Origin: an uncultured virus (IMG/VR IMGVR_UViG_3300037067_013691)
Lineage: Duplodnaviria > Heunggongvirae > Uroviricota > Caudoviricetes
Strand: one strand, 5' to 3'
DNA: 64,000 nucleotides
IMG/VR virus record: IMGVR_UViG_3300037067_013691
Shown one piece after another: positions 19,737-31,104 of the stretch. The stretch's first letter is position 1; each line of letters begins with the position of its first letter. Below the pieces are notes generated by a model that did no database searches, had not been told where the DNA came from, and saw nothing but the letters and a program-made list of their open reading frames with translations. A program made the translations under genes and the position numbers.

Positions 19737-20899
19737 TTATTTCCTACCATTAAACTTGCTCGGTGGCTTCCAAAAGCATGTACATATTGATATTGACGGA
19801 TACTTTTCCCCACAAAGGTCACAAATCTTATATTCCAAACTTTTCACTATCTTTTTCATTTTTATGCCCAACATCACTTATTTTTATCCAATGAACGTGT
19901 TTCCCCACCACATTTCTTGCATGTATAAATCCCGACTGGGTTCTTCTTTGTTCCCGTAACATGCTTATCCTTGCGGAAGGTGAACGCATGCCCTATATCG
20001 CCAATATTACCACATCGCCTACATATATACCCACTTTTCCTTTGTGACATTTTATTTTCTCCTATACGCTTTATTTCTTTTATCTTCACTACTACCTAGT
20101 ATTTGCGTGAACATTATAGTGATAACCTTGCTCTTTAAGACCACCCTTACTCACTGTTGCTTTATATCCACTCTTTCTTAGATTCTGTGCCATTTTCGTA
20201 GCACTATCTTTATCACGAAATGTTTGCACAACATGCATCTTACCCGTAATGGCTTTTCTTAATCCCTTTTTATATCTGTCTACCATTTTCTTACTCCTTG
20301 CTATTTTTTATAGCATACTTTATATTCAGTACCATTTTTTAATTTAGATGTTACAACTTTAGCATTCCACCCCATACCCCTATACAACTTAGCCTTTTGA
20401 TTTGCCATTGATTTACTATGGTATTTAGAACCATCCCACTTATAATCACTCATTTATGTCTCCATTCACCTTTTACTATGTCTCCTTAATCCACACTTGA
20501 TACATATATCCATTCTACTTCTATCTAATTTAGTCCAGTTATGATTACATTCTTTCCTTATTTGCTTAGTTATCGGCCCAACGCCTCTTTTACTCATAAT
20601 TTATTAACCTCCATATTCTTACCCAAATTCATTAAGAATTTATGTAATTTCTCATCTTTATTATACCTTAGACTGCACAAATATTCATATACTTCCTTAT
20701 CCATCTCTATTGTACCTTCCATATTAAAACAATCCACTATCACATCTATTGAACCATAATCTTTTACTTTATATCTACGAATACACTGCTCACCAAACAT
20801 TGGATACTTATTATCAAACAAGTCCTCTAATGCACAAATCCTCTCAATTCCACCCTCTACTATAATCTTAGTTTTAGATTTTCTTACCTTATCCATCAT
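19737..20899 (-). CDS. Small basic and Zn-finger ORFs (~19737-19870, 19874-20050, 20092-20286, 20301-20453, 20594-20899)
   Basis: Partly homologous to the 10.0-10.55 kb region. Confidence 0.6.
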
Positions 20900-20916
20900 A
20901 TCTAATATACACTTCT

Positions 20917-20980
20917 AATATACACTACAACATACCTGAATGTCAACCTATTGACAGTATAACATGTTATATGATATACT
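20917..20980. promoter_or_regulatory. Back-to-back divergent promoters with TATAACATGTTATA operator
   Basis: TGTCAA-CCTA-TTGACA; plus: TTGACA-18-TATACT; minus: TTGACA-18-TATATT; palindrome at 20958-20971. Confidence 0.8.
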
Positions 20981-21011
20981 ACAACCATAATATAACTATA
21001 AGGAGAAATTA

Positions 21012-22923
21012 ATGCTTTACACTATAGATCAGTTGTTTCAATGTATTTTTATTGGTATTGGATATGCTACCACTGTACTATTTAAGGACTTACAAGAAGG
21101 TAAACACTACATATGGTCATTCAGTTGTATTTTATTTGCTTGGTTTTATGCTATCTTTTTCCTTACCTCTAATATCCTAACGATACCAGATAAACCTTGG
21201 CAATTATGGTTTGCTATCATCTTCTCTTTTAGTATTTTCCCTTTTGGTATTCCTGTAATATATAAATGCATCAAATACTGGATAAGATAATAAACATATA
21301 CGAATACTCAATAGCAATAAAAACATAAGGAGAAGATTATGTTACTTTCAGAACAGCTACAAAAGGATATTGAAACAGGAGAGACCTATCATATCGCTAA
21401 AATGGAACTGCTAAAATTACTGAAGGATAAACTACCCAAGCAATTACTAGAATATGAATGGGAATCTGTTTCATTCACTCCATATACTACTGGATGGTCA
21501 GCACTCTGTCTTAATCTTTCAAGAGAAGACCCTTCTAATACAGCAACAATAGCTGCATGGTTAATTTCACTATTCGATGATATTAAGGTATCTAAGCCCC
21601 AGTGGAGTAAATGGAGAAATTCAGCCTATATTGAAGCAACTGTCATGTTAGATGATAGGGAATTAAGGATTAGTATTTACTATTATAAGACTGGGCAATG
21701 TAAATTAGCTTTAGTAATAGAGAAACTTATTGATAGTGGAGAGAAGTAATAATGGTTGAATGGTTAAAAGCTTTAGGAACTATCTCTGTATTTATAGCCT
21801 TACTTCTTACAGGAATAAGTATGTTCAATTTAGCACAGCAAATATATAATGCACCAACAATCTCTAAACAACCAATAGTCATTACTCCCAATACCATAGA
21901 TATACAGCCATCAGAAAACCATACATGCTGGAACATAATAAGTACATTCGATAATACCATCCTAAAAGAAGGAGAGATGTACTACATAAGATTTGTATTA
22001 CCTGTAGCTGACAACAAACTACCATTCAGTGGATTAATATCAAAAAATCAAACTACTATCCGATATAAAGGAAAATAACATGTTTGATATGCCAATATTT
22101 GGAATTGTTATTACGCTTTGTTGTATTAATGCTGTATTTTGGATATATATCTACATTAAAGAGCATAGGAGTTAAAGAGGAATAGCTAAACAAAATAAGG
22201 AGAAATGAGTAAATGAATATAGAACAATTAGCAATCAATGTTTATATAGCAGAGCAAGAGAGGAAACTAGCCAAACAAGTACGTGCTGCAATGATGCAAT
22301 CATACCAATGCACTAATAGGGATGATGGGAATAATCCATGTTATCATCAAACTGTTGGAGCTTATGACCCATTACCTATTGATTATTGGTGTGATAATTG
22401 CAAGAAGGTACAACCATCTCATATAGACTATAGAAAGAAGGCTGTAATAGCCAACCACGCAAAAGGTACGTTAACAAATACTATTAAAAAGAAACTAACA
22501 CCAAGATGTCATCTTTGTAGTAAACTAGCAAAATGGTCACAAAGCCCATTAGGTAATCCTGATGAATTAGCATTGTGTGATAAATGCCAAAAGAAAGTAC
22601 ATGACCAAATGAATAAATTGGCGTTACATTAAAAACGTAATCCACCTATCATAATACCTAAAGATGGATATATTAAAATAGGAAGGTAATTAGGTAATAA
22701 TATTATGAAATATATAGCTTATTATGGTGCTTGGGGAACATCTATACTTAGTTTAGTTATTCTTGGAATAGCATTAGCCTTTCTTGTTATAAATATCCAT
22801 ACGTACTATGAACCGCTATTGGCTATGATATTATCATACATTGCAATACCACTATTATGCTTCATATCATCATTTTCTGCTTGGATAGTATGTGATATGA
22901 AGAAAAGGATGAAGGATTTATGA
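21012..22923 (+). CDS. Run of hypothetical ORFs (21012-21290 membrane, 21339-21749, 21752-22078, 22213-22632 Cys-rich, 22705-22923 membrane)
   Basis: Co-oriented with SDs; 21752-22078 is a paralog of 3557-3850. Confidence 0.65.
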
Positions 22924-22960
22924 ACAAAATAGTAATTGTAAAAACTTATAGAGTGGCAGA

Positions 22961-23689
22961 ATGACTAAATCTAATTATGCGCTTAAACAAGTACCTGAAG
23001 CACAATACCTTACCGAAGATCAAGTAAATTCTTTAATAAAGAAATATACACATACAGATTATGATGCCTTTCAAGCTGTTTGGGTAGCTCTTTTAGAAGA
23101 TCATGCTCCACTTACTGAAACTATTGTTATCCAATATACACGTTCTATATTAAAACGTCTTATATCAACCAAATATACTAAACCTTTACCATTATCTCTT
23201 TCTTCGCCTATTCATCCATCAGAAGCTAGAACCTTATCAGATATATATCCATCTATATCTGATGCATCTTCTTCGTGGCCTTCTATGAATAATCATCTTC
23301 CCTGCCGTTATTGTGGTAATCATAATACCAAATTTGACCATCATAGATATGGCTCTCGCAGAATAACTTCTACTTACCGTTGTTTATCTTGTAACCGCAC
23401 TTTTAACCCCGATGTTCTATTTATGCAAAAAACTCCTATTCAATTAGCTGGGCATGTCATACTATTACGTGCACATGGAATGACTATTAAACGTATAGCA
23501 GAAATAACACATTTAAGCGATGGAACTATTTTTAATCTTCTTCACAACGATATTCTATTACAAGAACTTTCAAAAATAGCACCAAAGGCTATTCGTATTA
23601 TTCATTTTCTTTATAAACCTTCAATGTCACGCAAATCCATTAAAGAACATAGTAAGGAAAATACACATGAGAAAAAGCGAAGCTCGTAA
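22961..23689 (+). CDS. Zinc-ribbon plus HTH DNA-binding protein (InsA-like architecture)
   Basis: CRYC..YRCLSCNRTF followed by GMTIKRIAEITHLSDGTI. Confidence 0.7.
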   Translation: MTKSNYALKQVPEAQYLTEDQVNSLIKKYTHTDYDAFQAVWVALLEDHAPLTETIVIQYTRSILKRLISTKYTKPLPLSLSSPIHPSEARTLSDIYPSISDASSSWPSMNNHLPCRYCGNHNTKFDHHRYGSRRITSTYRCLSCNRTFNPDVLFMQKTPIQLAGHVILLRAHGMTIKRIAEITHLSDGTIFNLLHNDILLQELSKIAPKAIRIIHFLYKPSMSRKSIKEHSKENTHEKKRSS

Positions 23690-23921
23690 TTTACTCTGCC
23701 CCCGATGCTCCCAACCTACCCTTATTAAATCAGGCTTTACTAAGTCAGATTACGGTAAGTGGCAACGCTTACGATGTCTTAACCCTGATTGTACATTAAA
23801 AGCCACTACAAAGCCTAAATTAAATGAAATAACCAAAGAAGTACCAATCCATCAAGGTGATGAGATTCTGGTCATAAAAAGAGATTCTAAGGGGCATTTT
23901 ATAAAGAGAAACAAATCATGA
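23667..23921 (+). CDS. Zinc-ribbon protein, MRKSEA family copy 3
   Basis: MRKSEARNLLCPRC..LIKSG..WQRLRC..KRDSKGHFIKR. Confidence 0.75.
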   Translation: MRKSEARNLLCPRCSQPTLIKSGFTKSDYGKWQRLRCLNPDCTLKATTKPKLNEITKEVPIHQGDEILVIKRDSKGHFIKRNKS

Positions 23922-24250
23922 CCAATGAAGATGATAGTTTACTTAGTAAAAGTTACAAAACTAGACAGTTACACCGTAAAAAGGGTGAACTACACACTTG
24001 TATAATATGTAGAAAGAAGTTCTATGTAAGGTTATCAAAAGTTAAATATAGACCAAATGGATTTATACTATGTCCAACTTGTAACAAAATATTACTTAGA
24101 CATAAACCACCAAAGCCAATTTGGATAAACAATAAAAGGTATAGTTTGTTTGATAAATGCCCAATATGTGATGAGTATCTATTTTGGCATTTTGGATGCA
24201 AGTGTAATGATGAATATACCTATGATAGCAGGAAATTACCTCACAAGTAA
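23918..24250 (+). CDS. Cys-rich basic protein
   Basis: CIIC..CPTC..CPIC. Confidence 0.6.
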   Translation: MTNEDDSLLSKSYKTRQLHRKKGELHTCIICRKKFYVRLSKVKYRPNGFILCPTCNKILLRHKPPKPIWINNKRYSLFDKCPICDEYLFWHFGCKCNDEYTYDSRKLPHK

Positions 24251-24356
24251 TAAGAGATACTAATCATAAAGAAATATTCTAAGGTAACATCACCATATAC
24301 TATTATCCAACATTATCGCCATGCCTAATACTTACGTAAAATGATATATCGCTATA

Positions 24357-24896
24357 TTATTTCCCCCTCATTCCTCCCATGCCCACATTTCTACTTATTC
24401 TTGGAGAAAATCTAGCTTTCTGTCTGTTCTGTATTCCCACAGGCATTTGTACTGGGGTATACGGAATAGACCTAATAGATTCTTTGATGGGTCGTTGATA
24501 TTCTAATGGTACATACACTTCCCATTCAGGCAAATCATAACGACTAAACTTAACTAATTCTTCTTCACTACAATTATTATATTCTTTCTCAGATGGAAAT
24601 CCTACCCACTGAACATTATCAGGGTCATAAAACCATTTTAATGACTCAATTTCTGGAGCAACTCCATCATAATAACCGCATCCCTCTATCTCTTGTGGCT
24701 CAATTGGAATATCATCTTCCCTTACAATTCCATCAATACCATAAAGTTTAACTGCTTTTTTAAGTTTAATTTTATCAGCTACATTTCCTCTATTTACCGA
24801 CTCCACCAAACAACGAATAGCTTCTTTCTGTTCCGAAGTTAACTTAGGATTACGAGACAACTCCCTATCATCTAATTTAATCATTGACTTTCCCAT
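24357..24896 (-). CDS. Hypothetical protein with its own promoter
   Basis: GGAGGTG SD; promoter at 24908-24936. Confidence 0.7.
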   Translation of the reverse strand: MGKSMIKLDDRELSRNPKLTSEQKEAIRCLVESVNRGNVADKIKLKKAVKLYGIDGIVREDDIPIEPQEIEGCGYYDGVAPEIESLKWFYDPDNVQWVGFPSEKEYNNCSEEELVKFSRYDLPEWEVYVPLEYQRPIKESIRSIPYTPVQMPVGIQNRQKARFSPRISRNVGMGGMRGK

Positions 24897-24907
24897 ATCT
24901 CACCTCC

Positions 24908-24936
24908 ATCATATTACATATATAACTAGCTGTCAA
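24908..24936 (-). promoter_or_regulatory. Sigma70-type promoter
   Basis: TTGACA-17-TATGAT. Confidence 0.7.
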
Positions 24937-24940
24937 TATC

Positions 24941-25525
24941 CTATCTGCCTATCCCATCATATGGAAGCAATTTAGTCTCAGCCTCTTTATTATATTCCAT
25001 AAAATCACCATTAAATGTAACAATAAAATAAACCCCCGTTTTATCTTTAGCATCAACTAAATATACATCAGAATCTCCAACTATTGCCACATTCCAAACT
25101 CTCCATTGCACATCATCTGAACCCATCCTATCAAGCACTATCGCTTTCCATAATGATGTATCTGTTGTATTAATAGCAGTAAGTCCCATCCAATACCCTG
25201 ATTCTTTTGCTTCCCTCATTAAATTAATACAAGCCAAGGATGCATACCCATCTTCACCAAATTCATTATAAGTCTTTGCCGATTCTAAAAACCGATTAAG
25301 TGCCTTCATATTCTCAAATGATTTCAAATTGGACTTCTGTATCAATGCAATATTATCATTAGTCAGATTAGATATCTCATTATCCTTATTTTGAATAATA
25401 ACTTCTTTGTCCATTAATACATCCGATAACTCAACAACATTACCGTGTTCGTAATATAAAGCAACACTCGCTAATAATATAATTAAACCCATTAAACTAA
25501 TTAATACTATTCCCCAAGGTTTCAT
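24941..25525 (-). CDS. Membrane-anchored coiled-coil protein with possible degenerate transglutaminase-like domain
   Basis: N-terminal TM, coiled coil, LKSF..L..FL...L.REAKESGY...WN.AIVG..YLVD. Confidence 0.55.
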   Translation of the reverse strand: MKPWGIVLISLMGLIILLASVALYYEHGNVVELSDVLMDKEVIIQNKDNEISNLTNDNIALIQKSNLKSFENMKALNRFLESAKTYNEFGEDGYASLACINLMREAKESGYWMGLTAINTTDTSLWKAIVLDRMGSDDVQWRVWNVAIVGDSDVYLVDAKDKTGVYFIVTFNGDFMEYNKEAETKLLPYDGIGR

Positions 25526-25555
25526 AATTCATACTCCTTATTAAACGTATAATCT

Positions 25556-25584
25556 ATTATACTACCAGCGAACCATATTGTCAA
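25556..25584 (-). promoter_or_regulatory. Consensus sigma70 promoter
   Basis: TTGACA-17-TATAAT. Confidence 0.85.
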
Positions 25585-25598
25585 TAGATAATGATAAT

Positions 25599-25633
25599 AA
25601 ATAAGCCCCTACTATTTACAGTAGAGGCTTATT
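25599..25633 (-). terminator. Intrinsic terminator after 25651..26061
   Basis: AATAAGCCTCTACT / AGTAGGGGCTTATT stem followed by a T-rich tract. Confidence 0.7.
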
Positions 25634-25650
25634 CTAACAAAAACTTTTAG

Positions 25651-26061
25651 TTACTTCCCTAATTGATAATAAGAAAACTGATTAGATACTTCACTTTCAG
25701 AATGATAACCATAGGGAATAATAGGACAATCTTTCAAATCCCTTTGATTTCCTAGTGCCTTAGCAGCCTGATATCCCATCCAATTCAAATAGCATACCGT
25801 ATCACCCTTATTAGCAAGCCAATGATTAGTATCAATATTTACACCATTGAAATACTGATGTGGATTACCATACCCTACCACTAATGCTGCTTCCTGTGCG
25901 CCCTTGCCTAGCATCTGGAAACTCTCACAACTCTTATCAATGTAAACCATGCCACAATCCGTCTGCACCCACTCCCCAGTACCACCATCAGCTAAAACCA
26001 TACCCGATATCCCAAGACATGCCATAATTGCCAATGCTACCATTAATACTAAATACTTCAA
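25651..26061 (-). CDS. Secreted protein
   Basis: Signal peptide ending VLA-D. Confidence 0.7.
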   Translation of the reverse strand: MKYLVLMVALAIMACLGISGMVLADGGTGEWVQTDCGMVYIDKSCESFQMLGKGAQEAALVVGYGNPHQYFNGVNIDTNHWLANKGDTVCYLNWMGYQAAKALGNQRDLKDCPIIPYGYHSESEVSNQFSYYQLGK

Positions 26062-26176
26062 TTGTTTCTCCCTTACTTTTTTATTTAGTATAACATATTA
26101 TAATCTCATTTGTCCATTATTTGCCTCTGATTATATAATCTGTTATACTTACTATATTGAATATAGGAGTTACGAA

Positions 26177-26464
26177 ATGGCTTTTGATAAAGATAACAAA
26201 GAACAGCATCAAGACGATTACGCTTATGCAATAAATCCTGCATCCCAATTAAATCTCAACATAAACCTTACAGAATTACCAAAATGCCCTAAATGTAAAG
26301 AGGGGGTGCTTCTACCAATCCAATCCACAACTAATCCACGTTCTATCGTAAGCACTATTTATACTATAGGTTGGGTATGCACAAATTGTGAAGAAAACAT
26401 ACTATACGTCAATGGTAAACTTGTTCGCCAACCACTAATAAAGGAAACTGAATCACCCCTATAA
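26177..26464 (+). CDS. Zinc-ribbon protein, lone plus-strand gene
   Basis: AGGAG SD; CPKCKEGVLLP..WVCTNC. Confidence 0.7.
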   Translation: MAFDKDNKEQHQDDYAYAINPASQLNLNINLTELPKCPKCKEGVLLPIQSTTNPRSIVSTIYTIGWVCTNCEENILYVNGKLVRQPLIKETESPL

Positions 26465-26606
26465 TTGGTCAAACGCCCATATTGCACCTGCCACAATAAC
26501 AAATGATATCCCTATACACATAAGTATACTATTATCCAAAGCTATTGCTAAGATTGTAAATAGTATAGCAGGTATTCCAAAAAATATTGCCATACGCATA
26601 GACATA

Positions 26607-26804
26607 TTACATTGGTTTCAAATCACTAATTTTTGATTTATTAAGTTTAGCCCTTACATCACCAACAAACTTCTCTGTCTTGGATTTAATAACCCCCCTA
26701 GTTTCCTCTCCACTTTTAGGCGCATACAACAATGCAGTAACCCCACCTATAACCACCCCTATCAATAACCCAACACCAAAACCTACAATAGTATCACGAT
26801 TCAC
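26607..26804 (-). CDS. YtxH-domain protein
   Basis: GLLIG..IGG.TALLYAPKSGEETR signature. Confidence 0.85.
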   Translation of the reverse strand: MNRDTIVGFGVGLLIGVVIGGVTALLYAPKSGEETRGVIKSKTEKFVGDVRAKLNKSKISDLKPM

Positions 26805-27062
26805 CTACTTTACCTCTTTTTTGTCTTTTCTTTTCCATATTTTCATACGAAACACAGCAAATGCTATAACTGTTAAAATTATACCTATCCCCATTGACCA
26901 ATAATCAAGATTCTGGAATCCTTCCAACATGCCTTCAAACATATTTATCCTCCAATCATTTTTATTATTTTACAAGGTTCACACCAAAATTGATTCATAG
27001 CAAATGCTATAGAACCAATAATAATAACCAATCCCAATACTAAGACTATGCCTATAATAACC

Positions 27063-29099
27063 TTACGCTGGCTTAAACTTTGTATAGGGTTTAACTTCAA
27101 TTTCAACTTCGTCAATCCCATCTTTTATTTGCCCAAACGTGTCAGGCATAAGTTCTTGTAGTCTTTCAATACCTTTCCTATTGGTTATAATCTCTCCCCT
27201 GTTATCATTCTGATTATAATGAAATGATAACCTAACTGGAACAAACCCTTGTTTACACTGAAGCTCATAATCATTTGTAAATACTACAGGTTTAAACTCT
27301 TTTTGAACTTCAAATACCCTAGTATTTGTTCCGACTGGTGCGATTCTTGCCATACATCCAGTACCATATAATGCTGACTCAATCAATGCTATTTGGTCAC
27401 AACTCTGTTTAATTATCGTAATACTCATGTCCCTCCTCTAATTCCTTTCTAATTTTAATAGCCTTCGTTTCAATGTAAATCGTAAATACTAACATCCCAA
27501 TTAAGAATAACACAATAGAACTCAAAACCCAATATAACATACTCGAAAATTTATCCAACATAATAAGCCCAATAATTATACTCATAAGCCACACTAATCC
27601 CGTTCCTATAAGCCATAGTGTAAGCTTACCCCTTTGCGCCCTTGAACGAGCTATCGCCATTAAATCTTTTTTATCTATTTCCATTTCTACTCTCTATTTT
27701 TTCTTTATGATTATCAACTTTCTTGTTTTTTATAGTATTGTATGGTTTATCATAATCATATGTTCCACAAACCTTACACCGATCAGGAAATTCCACCTGT
27801 GATTTATATTTAGCCGAACACCTAACACAGCAAAAATCAAACATCTATTTTGCCTTTTTCCTTAGTATATCCTTAATTAACTTATCCACTTCATCAAACA
27901 ATGTAAACAATGCAACTACTAATATGATTACCAAGAATATAACACTAACAATAGTAAGTTCACCCATAATATCTAAACCAACATCCTAATTTGTTACATA
28001 ACTCAACCGTATTGGTTGTATACCATTTTGCCCCACATATTTTACATGTCACATGATGTATCTTCATACCTTTTTTCTCATATAATGCAGGTAATTGGTC
28101 AAAGTGTACCAACTTCTGTGTTAACTTATCCTTGGTTTTCTTAATCTCCTCCCAATCCTTGGGATGGAATCTCCAATATCCATGTTTAAAAACTACTGAA
28201 TAAAACCATTTAATAAAACCTTTAAGCATATTACTTTCTATACTTCCTTACTTTTATATATATCTACAAATATACCTAATCATCATCTTTACCACTTATT
28301 TTATCAGCCATTTTCTTCAATGCACCTTTACGCCAAAGAACTACAAGATAAATGATAAAAGACACCCCTAATATCACTACTAACACATATCCTCCTATTT
28401 GAATACCAGTAGCAAACTTATTCGCTGGATTCCAAGGATTCCAAGGGCTATTCCATGAATCAGGATAATGAACATACTGTAAATATCCTGTAGGTATTGT
28501 TGTAATTGGGAATCTTATCCCTTTAGACAAATCTGTACCTGTTATCTCTATTGGAACATAAGTTAAATAGTCATACTCACATCCAGTCTCAGACTTTATT
28601 TCAGGGTCTATAATAAGATAAGGTTGATTTGGTTCTATTATATTATGTTGCAACCAAGGCCCTACTCCAAAAAAACTTGCTAAGAATACACCAAACGCTG
28701 CAACTGTCAAATATACAGTTTTCCTATTCACTTTAACTCCTTCTTCTTTTCTTTAGATTTAATCCCAAACTCTCTTAAATCTTCCTCTGGCTCTTTACCC
28801 CAAATATGTACATCATTGGGTGAATTTCTTTCTAAATCCATCTGTTTTTGTTTAATCCACATTGGGCTAAAAAACATAGCAATCCCAATTCCAAGAAAAA
28901 TCACTTGAATATACTCTTGAAAAGTTAATAACTCTGTTCCCTGTTGAGTTCTTGTTATGAAAAAGAAACCAAGTAACATCCACATTACGCCACTCACAAA
29001 ACTAAGCCATACTATACCCCTCCATATAAAAATAGCTGCCGTAGCTAATATGGCTAATATTCCTATCACACATATAAAAAGCAAATCTGCAATTGCCAT
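27063..29099 (-). CDS. Run of hypothetical and membrane ORFs (27063-27428, 27409-27684, 27960-28229, 28276-28731, 28728-29099)
   Basis: Co-oriented; several with 2-3 TM segments. Confidence 0.7.
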
Positions 29100-29112
29100 A
29101 ATTTATCTCCTA

Positions 29113-30486
29113 TCATTCTACTATTAAAAATCCCCATGTTTCAGTTGAACCTTTTGCCCCCGCAACATCACTCACTACATCTATCCTCACATCTGTATGT
29201 TCTGGTACTCTGATAGGTGGATTTATTTGTCCCCATACTACATTATCTTGTAAGATAGTTTCATTATATGGCATATAAAAATTAGCTGGAGTCAAATTAA
29301 TACTCCTTAAGTTATCATAGTTAGTTCTAGTAGTAAATCTGACCGTTGCCTGTTTATTACCACTACCTGAACTATATTTTATGCTTGTTATATAAAGAGT
29401 TTTACCTTCTGGAACACAATATACAAGCGAACGCCCCCTCGTAAAACCTGCTTCAATCCTGCCATATATTATACCACCACCAACTGAACGGATATCTATA
29501 TTCCCCGCTGCAATTCCAGTAGTGCCCACTGTATATAATCTATAATGATTTACTCTATATATATCTGACACACTTGTATTGACAGGTGTAGTTCCATTTA
29601 AATTAACTATTGTATTTTTTTCAGCATAATTTGAATCAAGATAATAAACAATAACAGATTTAGCATTAGTTGCGCTTGCTGAAGTGTCAGATGCACTTGA
29701 AGATACAACTTCCATTTGTATTGCACCTGTGGGAAATACATATGAAGTACTAACAGGCCAAACCGTTTCTGGTGTTATACCTATATCACTATTATATCCT
29801 ATCTTTGATCCAGCAATAGCGTTAGGAACTAATCCCATACCAATCGCAGTTAAAAAGTCTGGTGGTTCATAAACACCCCATGAATGGTCTACATAATATT
29901 TAGTTACTGCATCTGAATCATTAACTGGTTCTGCTAACCCTGTTAAGGTACTACCATTCATTGAAATAGTATTACCTACTTGTGATATTAACGAATCTTT
30001 TACTGTATCATTATCAGCCCACATAGTAATATTCCCAGAAGTACCTACTCCTGTAATATTGCCTGACACATCTACATAATGTTTTGTTGCCACATCTTGA
30101 TTATTTGTTGGGTCTGCAACATCTACTAATGCATGCCCATCAAAATCTAATATCCCACCTAAATGTGTTATAGGAGAATTATTCAAATTAGAAGGACTAG
30201 TCCACTGTGATATTGTTCCCATTGTACCGCCACCTGTTATATTAGCAGATGTCATATTTGAACTATATATATTACCCGCATATATATTTTCTACAAATAC
30301 ACTATCCCACCATGTATCTACATTACCTAAATTATATGTTACATTAGCACATGGAATTATATCTCCATAACATGCACTTTCTAATCTTCCATTCACAGAT
30401 GTACATGTACAAGATACACTACATAATAGTATTATACTTGTCATCAAAATGATTATTATTTTTTTAATATTATTCACCACTCGCAC
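29113..30486 (-). CDS. Exported fibre/adhesin-like protein rich in N-x-S/T sequons
   Basis: Signal/anchor; two fibre-type repeats (ADPTNNQDVATKHYVD, AEPVNDSDAVTKYYVD); beta-rich C-terminal domain. Confidence 0.7.
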   Translation of the reverse strand: MRVVNNIKKIIIILMTSIILLCSVSCTCTSVNGRLESACYGDIIPCANVTYNLGNVDTWWDSVFVENIYAGNIYSSNMTSANITGGGTMGTISQWTSPSNLNNSPITHLGGILDFDGHALVDVADPTNNQDVATKHYVDVSGNITGVGTSGNITMWADNDTVKDSLISQVGNTISMNGSTLTGLAEPVNDSDAVTKYYVDHSWGVYEPPDFLTAIGMGLVPNAIAGSKIGYNSDIGITPETVWPVSTSYVFPTGAIQMEVVSSSASDTSASATNAKSVIVYYLDSNYAEKNTIVNLNGTTPVNTSVSDIYRVNHYRLYTVGTTGIAAGNIDIRSVGGGIIYGRIEAGFTRGRSLVYCVPEGKTLYITSIKYSSGSGNKQATVRFTTRTNYDNLRSINLTPANFYMPYNETILQDNVVWGQINPPIRVPEHTDVRIDVVSDVAGAKGSTETWGFLIVE

Positions 30487-30826
30487 TCACTTTTTTCATA
30501 AATCCTCCCGCAACCAATCCATATCTTCCAAGCACTCTTTGTTGAATTTTTGGAAGACTTAAGTGGGTATTTTCACTCAATTTTCCTAGAGTGAGAGCAC
30601 CGTTTTCTTCGGCTGAAGCCATAATTTGGAAATCAATATCATTTGCATCCATATCCTTAACAGCTTTCCTTCCCAAAGGAGTTAATCCATATGCTCCCAC
30701 ACCCTTTGGTTCATAAGACGAAGGCCCTCTACCAAAGCTAACCGTAAATGGTCGGGTTGGCTTGGGTTCGGGGGGTAAATCATCTACTTCTTCTTTCTTT
30801 TTACCTAATCCAAATAAGCTACCCAT
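30470..30826 (-). CDS. Possible winged-HTH protein
   Basis: DFQIM..GALTLGKLSENTHLSLPKIQ..LVAGGFMKKV. Confidence 0.5.
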   Translation of the reverse strand: MGSLFGLGKKKEEVDDLPPEPKPTRPFTVSFGRGPSSYEPKGVGAYGLTPLGRKAVKDMDANDIDFQIMASAEENGALTLGKLSENTHLSLPKIQQRVLGRYGLVAGGFMKKVSASGE

Positions 30827-31104
30827 TATTTTATAACCTCCTTGAACCAAGGAATCACATAATTTGTCCGCACATATATTATGGGTAAGACAATAAAGAT
30901 ACTTTTGAACATTGCGTTAAAACAGATTCTATCGCCTTCTCGTATAGTATCAAACAATTCCTTTGCATCAAAACACTCTTTCCCATCTTTATCTATATAT
31001 CTATGTAATGTCATTGCTTAACCTCTTTTTCTATTCTATCACCTAATCTTTGAACTTTATTTTCAATTCTATCACAAACACATACAATTTTGTTACTTGC
31101 TTTC

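Noticed and set aside
22961..23921. IS1-family element
   Set aside because: InsA-like Zn ribbon/HTH only; no DDE InsB frame or terminal repeats seen
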